Shown piece after piece: positions 60,657 to 64,000 of a stretch of 64,000 nt of DNA. Both the position numbers and the translations under genes were made by a program. A model generated the notes under the pieces. The model was not told where the DNA came from and ran no database searches. It saw nothing but the letters and a program-made list of their open reading frames with translations. Position 1 is the stretch's first letter; every line of letters begins with the position of its first letter. Source of the DNA: a virus; IMG/VR virus record IMGVR_UViG_3300042197_004116, positions 11,464 through 75,463 of that record. The stretch is one strand, 5' to 3'.

Positions 60657-61658
60657 TTATAAGCTTGAATATGCTGTAAATAATGTTGCTAACCTACTAT
60701 TAAGTAGAGTAAAATTAATATTTTCACCAATTGAATAAAAGAACGTTCTAAAGTCACTATAATTAGTTGGATTTGTTCCTGCTGCACTCTCATTTATAGC
60801 AAAAACAAAGTAATTTGCTGTTGATGGTCCTATAGAAGTATCAGTAATTGTTTGTTCTGTTGGTGTTGCTACCTTTCTCAATATAAATTCAGTACTAGAT
60901 GATCTTCTACAGCCATATAAACCGCTAAAATTAGTAATATTTGTTGAATAGTTAGTGGCTGACCTTACACCAGATATAAGTGTTTCAGTACTGCTGACCA
61001 CTTGTCCAGCTAGAAAATTTTCAGAACCTCCTACTCTTTGCCCTATAATTCCTTTTTGTGTAGTAGAAAGAAAAAAGTTATTTAAATATGCGCAAAAATG
61101 TAAGTTATCTTGAGGATCTGCATTTGCTGCTCTATTACTATTTAAATATTTTGTTGTACCGTTTCCAATAAGCCCTGTGGATCTGCTATAATCTCCCGCA
61201 ACAAAATTATTATTAGTAGGAGCAGTTCCCTTTAATGGTACTAATGCACCGTTTAATGTTCTAGCACCAGCTAAAATACATGAACTCTTAATTGCATTCC
61301 ATATATTATCTGCCTTGCACCCAGTAATAAAATTATCAATTGCTGTTTTTACAGAAGTTTCAAGAGCTTGACCATCAGCTGCTTCTACATTGTTAATATA
61401 GGTTTGTGCATCAGGATCAAAAGACGGCGTGGGCGTAGGTGTTATTGTAGGAGTAGGTGTTGGTGTTATTGTAGGTGTAGGGGTTGGGGTAGGAATAACT
61501 TTTAAAATCCCACCATCATTCCAAATAGCTCCAGGTTGAAGCCCAACACTTGATTCTGGTAAATTTACAAATGTAATAGAATTGCCAATAGCTCTAAGCT
61601 CTGTAGCACTTAAAGACCCTACATAAGTTGTTTGCTGTGTTTCAGTAATTCTAGGCAT
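60657..61658 (-). CDS. Virion appendage protein: short PT linker plus ConA-like domain
   Basis: PT tract, then DPDAQTYINNVEAADG...GNGTTKYLNSN; ATG 61658 preferred. Confidence 0.7.
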   Translation of the reverse strand: MPRITETQQTTYVGSLSATELRAIGNSITFVNLPESSVGLQPGAIWNDGGILKVIPTPTPTPTITPTPTPTITPTPTPSFDPDAQTYINNVEAADGQALETSVKTAIDNFITGCKADNIWNAIKSSCILAGARTLNGALVPLKGTAPTNNNFVAGDYSRSTGLIGNGTTKYLNSNRAANADPQDNLHFCAYLNNFFLSTTQKGIIGQRVGGSENFLAGQVVSSTETLISGVRSATNYSTNITNFSGLYGCRRSSSTEFILRKVATPTEQTITDTSIGPSTANYFVFAINESAAGTNPTNYSDFRTFFYSIGENINFTLLNSRLATLFTAYSSL

Positions 61659-61659
61659 A

Positions 61660-64000
61660 TTATACAAAATCGTAAAGCCTTACAGCTTTATTTACTCCAT
61701 TTATATTTATTAATAATACATTACCGGTGTCTGTTAAAGTAACAGGATTAGATGTTAAAGCAAGATTAGTTAATGTTAGGTTTCTAAAATAACCAATACC
61801 GCTCAAATAAAAATTATTAGTAACTTCTAAGCTATCATCAGTTTCTAATAAATCTGCAGAGCTTCTATACAGATTTGTATCAGTACCAAAGATTAATCCT
61901 TTAGCACTGCTAGTAGCGCTAGGAAGATTTACAGGGCCTGCATTAATGGTAACTGTATCACTATTATTATCCCCTAAAGTAGTATTACCGCTAACTCCAA
62001 AATTATTTGTTACAATTAAGCTGTCATCTGTTTTTAATTGATCAGCATTTTCTCTATATAAATTAGTATCATAACTAGTATTGCCTGACCCAAATAAAAT
62101 ACCATTTGAAGATGAGCTATCAGCTATTCTTGCTCCTCCTCTTATAATTGTAGTATCTGTATTTGCATCACCCAAGGTAGTATTTCCACTTACACCTAAG
62201 TTTAAAGTTACTATTAAGCTGTCATCTGTTTTAAGCTGATCTGCTCTTTCTCTATATAGATTGGTATCATAACTTGCATTACTTGTACCAAACTGAAGAG
62301 CTGTAGAACTGCTATCTGCTATCTTGACATTACCTCTTATTATAGTCTCATCAGTATTAGCATTGCCTAGGGTTGTATTTCCACTAACACCTAAGTTTAA
62401 AGTTACTATTAAGCTGTCATCTGTTTTAAGCTGATCTGCAAATTCTCTGTACAAATTAGTATCATAACTTGCATTACTTGTACCAAATTGCAAGGCTGTA
62501 GTGGAACTATCAGCTATTCTAACAGTACCTCTTAAAACTGTTTCATCAGTATTTGCATCACCAAGCTGTGTATTACCACCTACAGTGAGATTTCCACTCA
62601 AATTAGCTCTCTGTGTTCCTAAAATATCTCCATTTACATGCAGCTTAACTATAGGGCGGTTGGTACCAACACCAGTGTTTTCTTCTAAATAATTTGTTTT
62701 TCCAGCCATGCTTACGGTGCCACCAGGCATATCAATAGCACTCAAGCAACCATAGCAATAGATATGACCACTTACGCCTAGCTTTTCAGTTGAATCGTAT
62801 GTAAACGAGTGAGAAAAGGGTGTATTATACCCAATTGCCATATTACCCGTAGTAGGGCTAAGACGCATATACTCACCAAAATTTTGTCCATAGAAATTAT
62901 CAAATTTTCCAAATCTTAAAACATCTGTATTTTTTACTACGATGAATGCTTGAGTATCACCAGTTCTCCCGCCAAAGAATTTTAAGAAGTGATCAGGACC
63001 AGTAGCTAAAGAAGTACTTTTTTCAGATATTGATAAGTTGTAATTTTTTCCAACATCTCCACTTCTAAGATCAAACAACGACTGACCATCTGTATCTAAA
63101 TTAATAATACCAGGTGTACCAGAATAATCTACACCATCAACTCTTATATTACCTCCTGCAACATGAAGAGCAAAAGTAGATAATGGTGCAGTATTAATAC
63201 CTAATTTACCTCTTATTAAACTTGAAACTGTATCTATTGAAGCTCCTGATAAACCTAAGGTAGATAATGAATAAAAATTAGAGCTAGTAGCAGAAATAGA
63301 ACCTTGATCCATTCTGAAATTACCATTTCTCATGTGTAGTCTTTCAAGAGGTTCGTTTATGTTAATACCTACCAAGCCACCTGAAGTAACTACAAATGAA
63401 GTTGCACTAACAGGATCACCTATTGTTGTTTTATAGAAAATATGGGTCCCACCAGAAGCAAAAACATTGAATGTTTCATCACCAAAAGAAGAGCTATTAT
63501 ATTGATTGGTGTTGGCGCTTATTACAGTAGAGCCTCTGTGAACTGCATTTGCTTTTAATCCTAAAGCTGTAGAGCTATCTTTTGTAGCATTACTATTTCT
63601 TCCGGAAGCAAAGCTACTATGACCTGTGGCAGCAGAGCTTGTTCCTTGAGCATGACTGGCTTGGCCTTCAGCTTTTGTAGAATCACCCTCAGCATGCGCG
63701 TAACTAGCATTAGCAGTAGTGCTCTTACCCTCAGCGTGGGAATCTAAACCTGAAGCGGTGGTTGATTCACCTTCTGCATGAGAGGCTAACCCAGAAGCAG
63801 TTGTAGTATTACCTTCAGCATGTGCATTAGTATTATTAGCAGTTGTACTAGTTCCCTCTGCATGTGAAGCTTGCCCTGAAGCTGTTGTTGTATCACCCTC
63901 AGCATGTGAGAAGGACCCAGTACCTGCTACCGTAGATTTACCTTCTGCATGAGAAGCTATTCCTGAGGCTGTAGTATTTTGACCTTCAGCATGAGCATAA
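61660..64000 (-). CDS. 5'-truncated tail fibre with YadA-head-like SHAEG repeats and 65-aa shaft repeats
   Basis: Frame is open from the window end through 63375 (YAHAEGQNTTASGIASHAEG...SGGLVGININ). Confidence 0.85.
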   Translation of the reverse strand, partial: YAHAEGQNTTASGIASHAEGKSTVAGTGSFSHAEGDTTTASGQASHAEGTSTTANNTNAHAEGNTTTASGLASHAEGESTTASGLDSHAEGKSTTANASYAHAEGDSTKAEGQASHAQGTSSAATGHSSFASGRNSNATKDSSTALGLKANAVHRGSTVISANTNQYNSSSFGDETFNVFASGGTHIFYKTTIGDPVSATSFVVTSGGLVGININEPLERLHMRNGNFRMDQGSISATSSNFYSLSTLGLSGASIDTVSSLIRGKLGINTAPLSTFALHVAGGNIRVDGVDYSGTPGIINLDTDGQSLFDLRSGDVGKNYNLSISEKSTSLATGPDHFLKFFGGRTGDTQAFIVVKNTDVLRFGKFDNFYGQNFGEYMRLSPTTGNMAIGYNTPFSHSFTYDSTEKLGVSGHIYCYGCLSAIDMPGGTVSMAGKTNYLEENTGVGTNRPIVKLHVNGDILGTQRANLSGNLTVGGNTQLGDANTDETVLRGTVRIADSSTTALQFGTSNASYDTNLYREFADQLKTDDSLIVTLNLGVSGNTTLGNANTDETIIRGNVKIADSSSTALQFGTSNASYDTNLYRERADQLKTDDSLIVTLNLGVSGNTTLGDANTDTTIIRGGARIADSSSSNGILFGSGNTSYDTNLYRENADQLKTDDSLIVTNNFGVSGNTTLGDNNSDTVTINAGPVNLPSATSSAKGLIFGTDTNLYRSSADLLETDDSLEVTNNFYLSGIGYFRNLTLTNLALTSNPVTLTDTGNVLLININGVNKAVRLYDFV
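61830..62590 (-). repeat. About four tandem ~195-nt coding repeats
   Basis: ACACCTAAGTTTAAAGTTACTATTAAGCTGTCATCTGTTTTAAGCTGATCTGC is identical at 62192 and 62387. Confidence 0.9.
63640..64000 (-). repeat. ~14-aa [SA]HA[EQ]G repeats
   Basis: At least nine copies in translation. Confidence 0.9.

Noticed and set aside
61830-62590. CRISPR-like array
   Set aside because: Repeats are in-frame coding units with homologous, not unique, intervening sequence
3007-62692. Short ORFs nested antisense or out of frame in longer genes (e.g. 3007, 7050, 19502, 22775, 43289, 52113, 62501)
   Set aside because: Contained within better-supported genes and have no recognisable motifs

Overview
A 64-kb, AT-rich segment of a large T4-like (contractile-tailed) bacteriophage, standard genetic code, probably with a diderm host. 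1-9.2 kb is a baseplate module (gp48/54-, gp53-, hub-, gp25- and gp6-like genes) interrupted by a likely small terminase, a dUTPase and a clamp loader. 9.2-38 kb encodes large appendage proteins with Pro-Thr stalks and PKD, beta-propeller, LRR, lectin, RCC1 and gp38-like domains, plus an S74-chaperone tail fibre. 39-52 kb is a very AT-rich, strand-switching island of tailoring enzymes (2OG/cupin oxygenases, methyltransferases, glycosyltransferases, radical SAM, AsnB-like amidotransferase). After it come nucleotide and metabolic genes, 7 tRNAs, a lysis cassette, a tmRNA and a second fibre locus. Best leads: (i) a possible virion-surface modification system, linking mucin-like PT stalks and a recurrent [LVIF]-[ST]-[AGS] tripeptide to the enzyme island; (ii) a phage tmRNA with an unusual 33-codon tag ending LELV; (iii) apparently leaderless expression, with two promoter classes sitting 5-7 nt before start codons. 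All family calls are from motif recognition by eye; no searches were run.
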